Shown here: positions 1 to 13,395 of the stretch, in pieces
Numbering within the stretch: the first letter of the stretch is position 1
How the letters are laid out: every line of letters begins with the position of its first letter
Assembly (NCBI GenBank): GCA_000708835.1
Contig: DF237423.1
Location: forward strand, 8,671-72,670
Reading direction: 5' to 3'
From: Klebsormidium nitens
Lineage: Eukaryota; Plantae; Klebsormidiophyceae
DNA: 64,000 nucleotides
Program-made: the position numbers and the translations under genes
The notes under the pieces: generated by a model
The model's input: only the letters and a program-made list of their open reading frames with translations
Told to the model about the DNA's origin: nothing
Database searches by the model: none

Positions 1-249
1 CATTACGCAATATTCCTCACTTAATTTGGTCCGATCAATTGTCAATATACACTGCGCAACAATGCTTCGATCAATCTCTTCACGTCCATACATCCCGCGC
101 CCAATGTGATACCGCGATGGTGGTGCACCCACAGTAAGCTCTAAGTTACCCTCTTGCTTAAGCTAGCTCAATCGACACCTTCGAGGTAGATGGACGGTCT
201 TTATAGACCCTATTAGCAATCTGCCGCGCTAGGTCGACAAGCACCTGAG

Positions 250-3200
250 CTATTGATTGCAGAGTGACGTCACCGAGGGTCGTTCCCGACACCGCTTCCG
301 ACAATGTTCGAGCTCCCCGTTCCACGAGTTCATCGTGAGGTTTCTACAGCACATCAGCTTTGCTAGAGGGTGTTTGGTGGGCTTGTACGACAGGCGGCTA
401 GCGTAGAGAGATATCGTAAGGGCCTGGTAGCGTGCTAGGTTTGGATTGTCTATATACTGCTTCGCAAAAGCCGCCCCTCGCTCTCCGATCCTCTTCACGA
501 CGTCATCGTTATGCCGTGCCCACTCTATCTTTTTCTCAAGGTCCAGCTCGAAATTAAATGCGGATATTGGGATGTAATGCTTATACGCCTTGAGATCCGG
601 GTAAAACCATTGCAACCCTTCCTCCCATAACTTAAACACGACCGAGTTCGCCAGCAGCAGGTTCTTCAGTCGAAACGACGGCCCGTGTCCCTCGACGTCC
701 AGCAGATACTTATAATGCAGAAGCCCCTCTGCGCTCAGAGCGGATTCCGTTGTCATCCTCTCGCAGTCATCTTCCCCTATCGGGCCCCCGTGTTTCTCCA
801 GCGCCGGAATGTATAGCCTCTTACAGTCGTCTACCGGGCCGGTATGCCGGGAATCTATCAAGTCCGGTCGGGCCAGCCCCATTCTCAGCACGCGCGCACG
901 GGGCTCGACTGCGGTTAGAGTCCCCCGCCAAACCGCGCGCGCGTCTTTCAGCTCCCACGGGACGGGGGGGTAACTGTCGACGCGCCACGGGCTGCCCTCC
1001 TTGAAGTCCTGCTGCGACCACGTGTAGTCGTACCTACGATGGGAAAGTGGCGGAAATTGGAGAGAGGAAGGAAGGCGAGAAAGAAAAGAGAAAGGAAAAG
1101 GAAAGCGAAAGAGGAGGACGCGAGAAAGGAAGGAAGCGAAGCGAGTGAGGAAGGAAGAGCGAGAGGACAGTAGCGAGAGAGGGAAGTAGCGAACAAGGAG
1201 GAAGACAGAGACGCAAAATGCGAAAGAGGAAGGAATAAAAGAGGAGAAACGTTGAGGGCGGAGGAAGAGCTGGTCAACGGACAGTTTCGACCGGCGGCAT
1301 GCGCCCACAGACCGAGCCCAAGGAGGGAAGGAAGCTTATTGAGGATCCTTGTCGTGTTGCGGCTTACTTGTGTCAAGATTGTGAAAAGCGTTCTAAGAAG
1401 CAACCGGATGATTCCAGGCGAGCTTCGGTGAGAAACGTAAATATCATGATGTTCATCCTCAAAGCTTGCGGCCGTTTGAGTGGCCAAGTTTGGACCTTGC
1501 AGAGATTGAAGCCCGCTGTTTCACAGGCTGCAGCTCCGTATCCCATCATATCATTTGAGTCAGGTCGTGAACTGCGTGCATTTCAGTCAATACTGCAACC
1601 CCTTCTATGAAGCTGTGACGTGGGTAGGATGAGAAGAGTCTCCCAAAAGATCCTAGTGCCTATACCTCATGAAGTATTGAAAGCGGATCCGTTGACTTAC
1701 GTTGGGAGGAACAGCGCGTTGCAAGACGCCCCGTAGTTGTCGTCGCGCAGGCTCCACGACATCATGGGCGCTAAATTCTGGGCCAGCGTCTGGTAGGCCA
1801 CGGGGGCGCAGCGGTCGGAGAAGGACAGCAGAAAGTCCGCGTCGGGAACGTCGTGATCGGCAAGCATTTCTTGCAGGCTGGTCAGCGCGTGCAACGCCTG
1901 CGGTAAGAAAACGGGTTGACCAAGAGGTTAAGTACGGGCTACGATTAGCAGGGGTAATAAGATGTCGTGGTCGGCCAGCATTTCTTGCAGGCCTGTGGCA
2001 GAATGCAGGTTAATCTGGAGGTTATCTACCCAAGGTATAAAGCTGTGGGTTTTGGTGTAAGCAGTGGGCTATAGGAGGTCATGGTCAATGAGCTACTTCT
2101 AGCAGGCTGGCCTGCGCGTGCAACGCCGGCGGCAGAACACGGTTGACTGGGAGGATATCTACTGGTTGGTATAAGCAGTCGGCTAGGAAGGTGTGGTCGG
2201 TTAGCATATCCTGCAGACCGGTCATTCCTTGCGAGAAAATGCGGGCCAGCGGATTGGTTTACCGGGAAAAATTTTCTGGTTCCTTATAAGCAGCAGGGTG
2301 AAGAACGTTCTGTTTAGTCAGCAACTCCTGCAGGCTGGCGAAAGCGTGCAGTGCCTGCGAGAACATGCGGATAAGCGGATGGGTTACTGGGGAGGTTCTT
2401 AAGTGGTTAGGCAGAAGCAGAAGAATATCGGGCGTCGCGCGCAGCCAGCATCTTCTGCAGGCTGGTGAGAACTTGCATCGCCTGCAAGAAGCAGTCGGTT
2501 AGCAGTTGGGGTTAGCAATCAACGGGCTACTGGTACAGCAGATGTCCAATGACTTCTCCCGCCCCTGATAATGCATAATCTAGAAGTTCGACTTGATGAT
2601 CAAAGGTTGTCTCGTGGTCTCCTGCTCAGTAAATCGCCTTAGCGAGTCTCAGGATTGAGAGCGTAACGTCGGTTGATTGGGTCACCGTCCAAACCTGTTG
2701 TGCCTTCTCATATGTTTGATTGAGCGAATGATTGATTGATGTAATAAATGTCGACTGCATCCAGACAGTCTTTGAACGATCCCTATGGTCCGGTGGTCTG
2801 ATCCAGATTGCTCCAGATTAAGTACCGTCCCCGTCAATGAAGGAGGAATGATGCGAAGTCTGACGTCTCCATGCTCGGCCAGGTCGCTTTCCCATTCTTG
2901 GTCGCTGTCTCCCGGAAGAGTGCCTGATTTTTCAAGCTTTTGTGGCATGTGCGACCGGTTCACTATTTGCCCCTTCCCAACAGTGGCAAATGACAGAACA
3001 GCGGTGGCATCTTTGAGCTAGCGAATGGTATCCCATCCTTGCTGCCGGACCTGCTCCAATTAGGCATTATCAATAAGAACCGACAGGGGACCTGAAGCGT
3101 CATCCTCATGAGGAAGCCACCCCTGCTTACCGAGCCTGGTCAAGAGGCCCTCCAAAATGATGGGCACCGTTTTATGTGAGCTTTCTCGCCCTAAAAACAG

Positions 3201-4856
3201 AAAGGGGCGAGCTTTTCATAAGACTTACATGCCTCGTCCAGCTAGTGTCGTAGTACGCTGGGTCTCCATGCACTATCCTCCCGACCTGGAACCACAGACC
3301 GTCGTCCAGGATCGTCCCGTAACCAGCGTACAAGTATTCCAGGTCCTTAAAGTTGGTGTGGTTCTGCAAAGAGGGACGGTACAGCATCATAATCAAAACT
3401 ATTGCCCCTGACGCTAGCCAGCGCGTTTTGTCAGGGACGTGTCGTGGTTTCTGCTGCAGGCAGGCGACAGAGGCGATCGCTGCGAAGCGTGATCTCCACA
3501 TGATGGACACATGAAAGGTTCCAATTGGGGAACCGAAAGTCCAACGTCCACATGATCACAGACAGTGTATCTGCGGCGGTCTGGAACACTGATTTGCCCT
3601 TTGAAAGTGACGAACAGGCTGGACTGACAAGCTGACGGATGACAACATCCTCTCTGCTCTGGCGCCAATCCCCCACCGGCCTGCCCTCCAGAATGCCAAC
3701 TATCAGGCACCATGTCTTGGTGAAACATACGCAATTGTAGAAGATGGATCGAAGGAGCTCACCAACGGTGCAGGCGTGAAATACAGCAGGTTGTCCAGGA
3801 TCTGTATCCGCAGGCCCATGTGGCAGTTGTTCACATCAAACTTGTAGCCGGCAAACTCCTCCTCATTGCTGTGGCCAAGGAGAGGGACCACTCAGTTCCT
3901 GAGAGCTCCTCGATATAAAGAAGCCATTCAAAGAGCGACTACACCTCGTTTGAACATTGAGCGCGCAGTTCCTGGACAGAGGTTCCTCTTCCCGTCTACG
4001 GTGGTCCAGAGAGGGCATCCCACAGAATCCACTGTATAGTAATCGAGCGAACGCAGCCCCTTCATTGCATAAGGGCTTATATAATGATGGAGCCGAGGCT
4101 CAGCTGAAGTGAAAGATGATTGGTTGCAGATAGACTAGGAGGAAGAGGATTAGATGCGGTCAAGATCTGTTGAGGGGCACATTATGTCACCTACCTCCAA
4201 CCCCAGCAAAGGTTCATCCAGCCAGCTTCTACCTGCATCATCAAAAGGCAAAAGCTTTGTGTGCTACTTTTCAACGAGTAATGAAGCCGAGGGCGTGCGG
4301 ATCGACATGACCAAACATATAAATATGACCCCAAAAACCCTTGCAAGTGACGAGCTTGGTGCAAGATCAGTTCCCTCTTCAGACTGCTGCAAGATCAGAG
4401 TCTGTTCAGAATGATAAGCAATGCTGCGAGGCCGCTTCCCTCTTCCCTTTTTCTCACCTGCTCTTTGGTGATGACCGGAAGCGGCTCTAGCGCCTGCACC
4501 ACACGCAGGGCGCGCGAAATGTGGATCGTGTCGCATCTGCTCTCCAGGTAGCGATCCACGAAGACCTGCTGTTCTGCATTCTCTGATCCTGGCTCCCAGA
4601 TTCTGAGACAGGACGCCTTTGGCGCCTCTACCACCTCCTGAGGCGCAGCTTCTTTGTGTGGTGTTTCCATCAGGGCGGTGGACGACATGCTGCGTGTGAG
4701 CTCAGAGGACAACGTCAGAAGCGTCCGAGAGATGGACACGACAAACAGGCAAAGGAACACCACAAAGGCGAGGATCAGGAAGCGCTGCCCCAGGGCTCTG
4801 CGCACGAGGAAGATCGCCTGACGCGCTCTCCATCCCCAGGATCGCTTAGAAGCCAT
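250..4856 (-). CDS. Glycosyltransferase family 90 / CAP10-domain protein (type II membrane, ~552 aa)
   Basis: Hand-spliced exons 4856-4458, 4232-4195, 3868-3763, 3363-3229, 1897-1701 and 1033-250 all have GT-AG boundaries and consistent phases (1659 nt). N-terminal TM (FLILAFVVFLCLFVVSI). Family motifs VPDADFLLSFSD, WELKDARAVWRGT, YKYLLDVEGHGPSFRLKNLL, QWFYPDLKAYKHYIP, DLEKKIEWARHND. Confidence 0.85.
1036..1270 (-). other. Very long polypyrimidine tract / AG-exclusion zone before the last GT90 exon
   Basis: The plus strand is nearly pure A/G with no CT dinucleotide from ~1036 to 1270. The sense strand therefore has ~235 nt without AG upstream of the acceptor at 1035-1034. Confidence 0.7.
1845..2515 (-). 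repeat. Degenerate tandem array (~110-127 bp unit) of the GT90 exon-5 acceptor plus exon start
   Basis: Anchor (c/t)tgcaggc recurs at ~1872 (real exon), 1986, 2101, 2211, 2328 and 2455. Copies translate to LQEMLADHD, TGLQDMLTDH, ALHAFASLQELL and AMQVLTSLQKML versus the real ALHALTSLQEMLADHD. Confidence 0.8.
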
Positions 4857-6773
4857 GGCGCACTACCCCTGCACTACCTACATCTATGGTCCTGAAAGCT
4901 GAGAAAGGAGGAAAGGGCAGCTTTCGAGGGCAAATGCTGCGACATGCCACCATGCGGTATGTAGGTACCTACCTATTTCAATATCGCTACCGATTTCATT
5001 ATGCATGCAACAACGCAGCGATCCAGATCGAGGAACAACTTGAAGAAGGTCATGATTCGGTCACGATTCGATGCCCTGGATGATTGGCAGAGTGGTACCG
5101 CAGAACCAGGTACCGTACCACGTGAGTTACCTAATCGCCACGTGGACGGCAGCGCACGTTCAACGAATCTAGCTGTACGGTATCAATTCGGAAGGCTTTT
5201 GAACTGACGTCATGCTGTGAAGCGAAAGCCTGTTAAAGGGATCCCTCAACAGTGCTGCCATCACCAGCAATTGAATGCCGTGCGGAAAACAGCGCGCACA
5301 CAACTTGCAAAAACTTGGGGAAACTTGACCTAAAGGCCTAGAGACGAACTACCTAGTACGCTCAAGGAGCCAGCGAATCGATCAGAAGGTAGCAACATTG
5401 ATGCGCAAGCGCGCCTGAAGCCCGACGCTTAATTCTCTATATATGCAGATCTGAAGATTTGGGGGCGTCTGAATGGGGGCTTATGAACTTGGCCTTTCTC
5501 TGACCATGTGTAGCAATGTATTCCGAACCTTTCACACACGGAAAATATCATACGGGACAGACATGGTAGGATGGCCTGGAGACACGTGCAGCCGCTCAAA
5601 TAGGGCAGCTAATTGTCGAAAGGTATCAACGTCGATCTTATTCCTGGATTCCGTTCATCAACTCACTAGGTCTTCGATTCACCGTCGGTAAAGGATGGGT
5701 ACAGGATCTAGGTAAGTTTTCATGAGGGTACATCCGAGAGCCTTTCTACGGAATGCTGCACGCAAGCGACTGAATACCTATCTGGGTCTGAAGCACCATA
5801 TGTGCGTCCCTATACATCAGGCCGGTTGATGGGCTGATGCTCCACATGTGACTGATCAGGAACGCAAAAGCGAGGTTGCTTTCGAATCATTGCATTTTCA
5901 AAACAAGCGCGCAGCACAAAGTGAATCAGTCTGAACAAGCCGAATAACCGAAGGAACCCTGCGGGGTCAAGCTTGTTTGATCGTCACTCAGCGGCAGATG
6001 AAGCCCACTAGTGCTATAAATAGACCTGGGCCAGGACAGAAGCTAACCAGAACAAGCAGGGCTACTAGAGGTGGACACTGCTCTACAATATCAAATTCAA
6101 CGAGAAGCGGTCCCTTCGTACTCGTCGTACTGTCCACATCTGACCACAAGGCTGACTTGCTTGATGAAAGCTCCAGTCCTCTTCCGTCCACACTGTACAT
6201 GTTAGTTAGTTAGTTAGTTCAGCCTTGACTATCTAGTTGCTAATGACAAATGAAGTATGTCAACAGTGTTGACACGAAGAGAGATTAAACCTACTTGCGC
6301 TCCAACGGCAATTCCAAAAAACGACCTTCGCCTGATTGGATTCACCTGTTGACCTGCCCGTTACACTGTATGGCCCCTACCGCTATCTGCAGATTGGATA
6401 TCCTGGGGAACCCTCGCCCGGACTGCACGCAGTTGATGTCGAATCTCATCAAGTTTCTATCTAGAAAGAACGCCGTCGAGTCGTCACCTTTTATATCCCA
6501 AGACCTTTGCAAACTGCAAGCAACTATGTGAAGTTGTGGCAGGCCAATCTCTTCATCATAGCCAGAGGTGCATGCGACACGAGCTCTGGTCCCGCTTTGT
6601 ACTAAAGGCCGACGCTCATGCCCTCAACACCAAACGAACCGACAGTGTACTGCCTTGACCCCTATTCTATCCGCGTGCTCGCACTTTAGCCATGCGAGGC
6701 TGGTCCGAGCGGGGCCGGCAAGCGGAGACGTGCTTGGCTCATGTCTCGAAGCCAACTAGAGTACGTAATACGA

Positions 6774-9700
6774 TCAGGATCGTTCTCTGTTTCGTAGGTT
6801 TTGGCTCTTGGGGAAGGCGCCGCCGGCATATGGCAACGCGCTGCTGCCGTGATCCAGATCAAAAACGCCCTTGCCCTGCACAAGGAAGGGGTGCCGAGTT
6901 TATGACGGAACTGGACATGTGTCTTGTTTCTGCACGCCCTTGGAACGATGGACGTCCGATTCCATGCATCTCATGGATTCCAAGCTTCACAAGCTGAGCA
7001 AAAGCAGACGGGAATCCTGGTTTTCATGGGTGTTGATTTTGTCAGGGTCGTTTCGAAAGAGTGGTATAAGACATACGTAAGTCTCGTTGTTACGGACAGA
7101 ATATCCAGTGTCCTTTCAACCGACTTGTAAGCAATCCAATGTGGTCCAAAGCTCACCCGGCTCGGTGCCCGCCCGCTGGCGAGCTCGTGCCCCGCGCCGC
7201 GACTCCTGATCGACACGTGTGAATCCAGCTGTAAGCAAAAGGAGGCGCGGTTCTTAAGAATGTGTCTCCCCGTCACGTCGTCTCGGGTCGTGCTGCTGTC
7301 TCATTGTTTCACAACTTATCGAGAATCTTTCCTCAAAGCCCCCTTTTGCTTCTAGTTACGTAAGATGAGTACGGAAACAGACCAGAATATCATCCCCTTC
7401 TAGCAGAAGAACGTGCTATCTAGCAGAAGAACGTGCTATTAACGAACAGATAAGCCCTCAAAACAACGTCTCATCCATTTCACGTCGCGCTTACTTGCTC
7501 ATCCTGTCCGCTCTCCAGCCTCTCATCGACCGGCGCGATCTTCGCCCTCCCCAGGAGCCGCTCTTGCATCAGGGGGGTCGATGTCCTGCCATCCAGAGCC
7601 CCCCCTCCCGGGAACGCGCCTAGCAACCCGTGTCCCGCCTTCAGGTTACGGCTGGCGGGCCGCGCGTCCATCGCGGCCGCGTTTGCATCAGAGCCGTCCG
7701 ATGAGAGGCGCCCGTGGCTCGTGGTCGCGTGTCGGTACTCACTGCCGCCGCGCTCCATCGACGGCCCGCTTGCAAACTGCTGCGAGGGGCCGTATCCGTA
7801 CTGCAAACGACGAGGACTGCTTGGTCAAACACCAATACGCCTTGATAATCCATTAATGCAGAGCTTTTGTCAACTCCTGTCCGCCCTCTGGAAAAGTTCC
7901 TCAGATTTGACATGATACTATTCGCCCTTAAAAAGCGACACGAAAGCGGGTCAAAGTGCGGCTCACATTGTTGTGAGACTCGGGGATCTCTTCTGCACAC
8001 TTTGCCTTGTCGCACACACAGTCGCTAACGCCGAAAAAAATCGACGTCTTCGATCTCCATGCGCCTCCACTCACCCGTTTCAGTTGCTGGAGGCCCCGTG
8101 TTGGGTGCTGTCCGTTGCCTGGGGGCTCCCGTGCTCTGCTCGGTCCAGCCCCGGAGTAGCTCGACGAGGCCTGCTGCAGCGATGTGGGCAGGCCACCGGC
8201 CCGGTGACCCACCCCCACCTGAAAGGCAAACCGTTTCCGGTCAGAAACGTCCGCACGACTTGTCGAGTCGTATGACTAAGTTGTTCATGAGCAGGGCGAA
8301 GCTCTATATTCTGTCCGTTCAGCCATCAAAGCACTCGCGATGATTGCTCTGTAGCAAAACAGGAAACTATTTGCAAGGTGGCGGACAAAAGAAGGCCCAC
8401 GAAGGAACAGAAATCCTATCACGCGCAAAGAGACTTATAATACGTAATGGAACCTATCATACGCAAAGGGACCTCTCATAGGGCCGGCTCGACTGCTACC
8501 GCTTAGAAGGGCACAAGCTCCTTACCGTTCTTTTCCGCTGAGGCTGGCTCGCCAGCGCTATCTGGACCGGATGCTGTCCGCGTGGGCTCCTCTCCGGTCC
8601 TGCGATCGTTCCGTTCTCCTCCTCAATCCGCTCCCTCTGTAACTCGCGCTCGCGCCGCAACCGCTCCTTTCCCGCCCCGTGACTCGCTTGGCTCCCGACA
8701 TCGTAAGGCGACGGCAGGTGATTTTCTTGCATGTCGCGGCGACCCGCAGTTCGAGAGTTGTGACCGCTGCAAATGGAGAAGCAGGCAAGGGCGTTGGTAA
8801 GGACCGATTGGAAAGGGTCTCGAAAATCACTGCTGAAGGTACGATGTAAGGTTGGCGCAGAGCTTTGCAAGTCAAAGCAAGATTCCTGGGATAGAATCTC
8901 GACTAAACATGATGCGCTGGGCTCTGTTCAGAGCGGAGCCGAAGCTTCAAAGAGATTGCATGACATGCACAAGCATCTAGGCACGCCTCCCCACCTTATT
9001 TCTGAAATCTGGACCGATCCGCGCGACCGTAGCTCCTTCCTTCGACGACCTGCAGATTGCACGACCGGTTGGAATGTGAAGAAGACAAGAGAAACTTCTC
9101 CTCAGAATTAACCTAGATCAGAGAAGAATAAATGGCCTTTGCACCCAGGAAATAACTTGATTATCAACCCTGCAGTAACACGGCTACTCCTGCTGCGGAG
9201 CTCGTTTGTTAAGTCGTTTTCGAGGTGCCTTTGAATGGACAAACAGACACCGGTAAGCGCTCCGAACCGACAGAAGCACCAAAACGAGACGTCTGTTGTC
9301 ACTCTTTGAGGTCCTTATTCGCACCTTCCATTGCGGCCTCCTCGTGCTCCTCGACTTTACACCCCACCGCCGGCAGCAGCGGCGTCGGCACCGGTTCCGG
9401 CCGCAGGGGGGTCCCCCGCAACCCCTCTTCCCGCTCCTTCTTAGCTTTCTCGCGCTCCCCGCGACCGTGTCGCGTCGCGGGGCGGCTCTCCGAGTCGCCA
9501 TCCGCGCGCGCGGCCCCCTTCTGCGACGCGAGCGACGTCGGGGCGCGCCGGTCCGCCTTGCTGCGGCTCGGCGCACGCTCCAAAACCCCGTCCAAACCCC
9601 CAGCCTCGAAGCCGCCCGCGATGCTCTGCAGCTGCGCGTCCAAATTGTAACCGACCCCGTCCGTGACGGAGTCTCTGGCTGTCGTGGCCGCGCTGACGTT

Positions 9701-12700
9701 CTCGTGACGCAAGCTCAGCCCTTCCACCGCGAGGCCGTCCCCGTCGGACGTCCGGAACTTCCGCTCCGCGTTGCCTTCCGGCGGAGCCTCGGACGGAACG
9801 CCCTCCAGCAGCGTCGGAAGCGGGGAGATCCGCGTGCCCGCCTGCGTGGAGTCGCGCCCGGACGTCGACGACCCCGCGGCCGCGTCCGCTTTTCGCACCG
9901 CTGTCCGCTGCTGCTTCGGGTGCGCCCCGGGCATGGACCCCAGCGCCAGGGGGGGCACGATTCCGTGCTTCGGGGGGGGGCCGGTTCCCGCCTTCTTCGA
10001 CCCCCCCTTTTTGACGGGCCCCGCGTGGAGCCCCTTCGTCCGGGGCTTCCCGTCGCTGACCACGCTCTGGGTGTCGATGTCCATCTCGCTGTCGTCTCCA
10101 TTTCGGAGCTCCGACTGTTCGCTTTGGTCGATCTCCATCCCCTCCGGCTCCTTGTCCCCGGCGCGCCGTCCCTTCGCTTTTTCTTTCGGCATCGCCTTCC
10201 GCTCCTTCCCGACGGTCGTTGAACCCCCCTCCGACGGCGAAACCATCAGACCACGCTCGCGCTTCCTGCTCGGGGGCGGCTTCAGTTCTTGCTGCGAAGT
10301 CTGCCTCTCGAGCTGTGGCGGCTTCGCTGCGGTTTTGCCCTGCGACGGCTCTTCCTCGGACACCGCCTGGAGCGCCGCCGCGGCCGGGCTCTGAAACCCT
10401 AAACCCTTGGGCAGGTTGCGCCGCGGCGACGTCGCCTCGTCGTTCAGGCCGCTGTCGGGCGTCGCCTCGAAGGTCGTGCAGCTCGCCGTTTCCGCAGGCG
10501 CGCGCGCGCGCTTGGGAGTGACCAGAAGGTCGTTTGCGACGCTGCCACGTGTCGAGGGGCGGGTTTCGATGAGCGCCGTGGACTCGTGGTCGTCGGCCGC
10601 GGCCGCGGCGGAGTAGTTTGCGGACGGCGCGCTCGCGGTGGCGGACGGCAGGTGGACGTCCGTCAGGCCGTCGAAGTACGCGTGCTCAAGACACTGCTCC
10701 GCAGTCAGGCGCTGCAAATGCCAAAAGATCTCCGCGCTCTATTGCCGTTCTATAATTCGCACTGTTTCTTCGAAAGCTTGCTAATGCTGTTGGTCAAGAA
10801 CTTTGGATCGAAAACGTCGCTGCTGAGTCCGGGATTGTCAGGGTAGGCCACTCGAGATGGTCTCTCCGTGCAGACAGGGGACCGGCTTGGTTTTCTGTCA
10901 GCAGTTCCACGAGTCCCAAACTCGCAAGTACACGTCCGACTGGTCATTTACAAAACGCTTGCGAAGTTGTCAAAGCGAAAGTTGAAATGATCTCTAGGAA
11001 TCGAGTCATGCAATTTACCTTTCTGGGGTCCATGTTGAGCAGTCCCTTCATCAGGTCGAGGCCGGCTGGAGATAGCTTCCCAGCGTACCGTCTATCGAGC
11101 ATCTGCAATTGCAAGACAAGACCAACCTTAGCAATCTGCTCGGAAGCGCCGCTTGCCTTAACCCCCATACTCTCAGAGGATGAGAAGGACCACGGAACAG
11201 AGAAACAAACTCGCATCCGCGTTTAGTGCAAAAGAAAAAGAACTTTATCAGTTCATATAATGTCTCCAACGACCTCGTCTCACGTCTTGGACCAAGTGTC
11301 AGCCGCTGTCGATTGCACGGCGACTCAAGGACCCGAGAGGCCTTACCTCTGGTCGCCCCATGTCGGGAAACTTGAAGCCAGCATAGCGAGGATTCCGGAG
11401 GAACAGCTCCATGTGCTCTCCCGTGAGCGCGCCCATGACCTTCTGGATTATGTACAACTGAGGCAAACAGGAGCGCGGGTCAGCACAATCCTTGATTGGT
11501 ACACATTCCTTCATGTGGACGCATCACCCCATCCCTCCTTTCCAATGTTCAATCCTCTCATTTGATTCGATGGGGTCCCAAAAGTTGGTAATAGACAGTC
11601 TTCTTTGCGCTGATTTGAAAGTAAGAGCGACCTATCCGAGCTGCAGTTTCAAAGACGTTGTGATAGACGCAGACCCTGACCAAGAACGTGGTCCTTTGAA
11701 TTTAAAAGCCTTTTGTTCAGGTAATCGAAGACAGGGTTAGTTAAGTGTTTCCTCACTTGGTCAATGTCGCTCTCTCCTGGAAAGACGGGTTGGCCATCCA
11801 CTAGCTCCCCCATCATGCACCCCACGGCCCACTGGTCCACCTCCTTCCCGTAGTCTGTTGACCCCAGCAGAAGCTCAGGGGCGCGATACCTAAAGAAAAG
11901 GCTCATTTCGATCCTATTTTTAGAACAGACGTTTCTTCCAGTTCTTCAATAACTCGCCTGAAGACAAGTAACATCAATGAACTAGCCCTTATTGTGCTGT
12001 GTTCAGGCATCTGCTGAGGTTGAATGCGTCCTAGCTTCAAGTCAGCCAAAACTGTTTCTTCTAAGAACGTCAGAACCTTTTCTCAAAAACAAAGGTTGAC
12101 CAAATAATGTTGTATGAGCTTCTGCTTACCATCTTGTGGCTACATAGTCGGTCAGGGCAGCCCCTTTGTGCGGCAGGGTTCGTGCAAACCCAAAGTCGCA
12201 GAGCTTAAGGATTGGTCCCTGGCCCTCTGTGCCAGGATCAATGAGCAGATTCTCTGGCTGTAAAGATGCAAAAGAGTGAAGTGCGTCATTTCACAGTCTG
12301 TGGCCTTGAGTGGTTGAATGATGGCTCGTATTGACAGGCAGACTTGCTTATCAGAATGCATAGATAGATAGGGTGGACATATGCATCATCATGGTTCATC
12401 GGAGGGTTTCTCTTCATCCCGCTGTTTGTTTGGTTTTGCAAGATGCAGGCTGTACACACAAAACTGAGGGGCAAGAGTGCCGTCAGCCTTACCTTGATGT
12501 CTCTGTGGATGATCTCATGCTGATGACACCATGCAATGGCAGTCACAAGCTGGAAGATGAGTTTGCGCACGAGCTCTGGCTCCACTCCTCCTGGCTTCTC
12601 CTCCAAAACTTCCAATAGATTCTTGGGAACATACCTGAAGTAAGGGGTGATGATGAGGTTGCTGTTAAGTTGGCTCATTTGAGGAAACAGTAACCTTTGG

Positions 12701-13395
12701 TCTCTCAGTGCCTTGTGCATGCATAGACCTCCGCAAGTTTGCAGAGGTAGCATTCCCTGGCTTCAATTAGCAAAATCTGCACCAAGTCTGGGGCAACTTG
12801 CACTGCATTTTCCCTTGTGAACCTTACTGTTCTTGACCTGCATGCTTGCCAATATCAAAAGAATGAAACAGCTATAGGAAAGTGCTATTCACAGCGCTTG
12901 CACAGCCTCTTCATGGCATGACTGATGTGCTCAAGGAAGGTTCGGCATTGAGATTGAGGCAGATGCGCAAGTCAGTCTTCAATGTTTACAACTGGCTATT
13001 TGGCTATTTGCAATGACCTAAGTACTCCAATGAGCGTCCAAACCAGCAAAGCTCACATGACAACACTTTTTCATAATTGCTGAAGGGAAGGCTAAGTAAT
13101 CCCACAGTAAACGTAGGAAGAATCCAGTACCAAACTAAACGGATGCCACTTACTCAAAAACGAGGTACAGCTTGCCCTTCCTTCTGAAAGCCTCCTTGAG
13201 GTCAACAATGTTGTCCTGCCTGAGCATGCGCAACATCTTGACCTCTCGGAGGGTCGTCTTTCGGACAATCTCGTCATCATCTCCCTCCTTGAACTTCTTC
13301 ACCGCCACAATCTCTCCGGTTTCCTTATTCTTGCACTTCAAAACGACTCCATATGCCCCTTCTCCGACAACTCCAAGTACCTCGTACTTGTTCAT
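6774..13395 (-). CDS. CDKL5: CDKL5/LF5-like cyclin-dependent kinase-like protein with long low-complexity C-terminal tail
   Basis: Kinase exons 13395-13154 ([23 protein letters not shown]), 12634-12493 (HRDIK), 12257-12130 ([20 protein letters not shown]), 11889-11757 (YRAPELLLG), 11457-11347, 11102-11019 and 10711-~9303. Tail exons ~9049-8995, 8766-8526, 8218-8075, 7800-7495, 7228-7157 and 6875-~6774. Phases near 9300-8770 and the exact stop are uncertain. Confidence 0.85.
7399..7438. repeat. Perfect 20-bp tandem duplication (tctagcagaagaacgtgcta x2) in an intron
   Basis: Read directly from the sequence. Confidence 0.9.

Noticed and set aside
2682-4400. Stop-interrupted minus-strand frames that first looked like a decayed DDE transposase (IVHG…, LSVLIDNA)
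   Set aside because: The convincing segments (4232-4195, 3868-3763, 3363-3229) have clean splice sites and join in phase into the GT90 gene. The remainder is intronic read-through.
9296-10394. Long plus-strand ORFs (308 aa, 207 aa)
   Set aside because: They are antisense shadows of the GC-rich CDKL exon 10711-9303.
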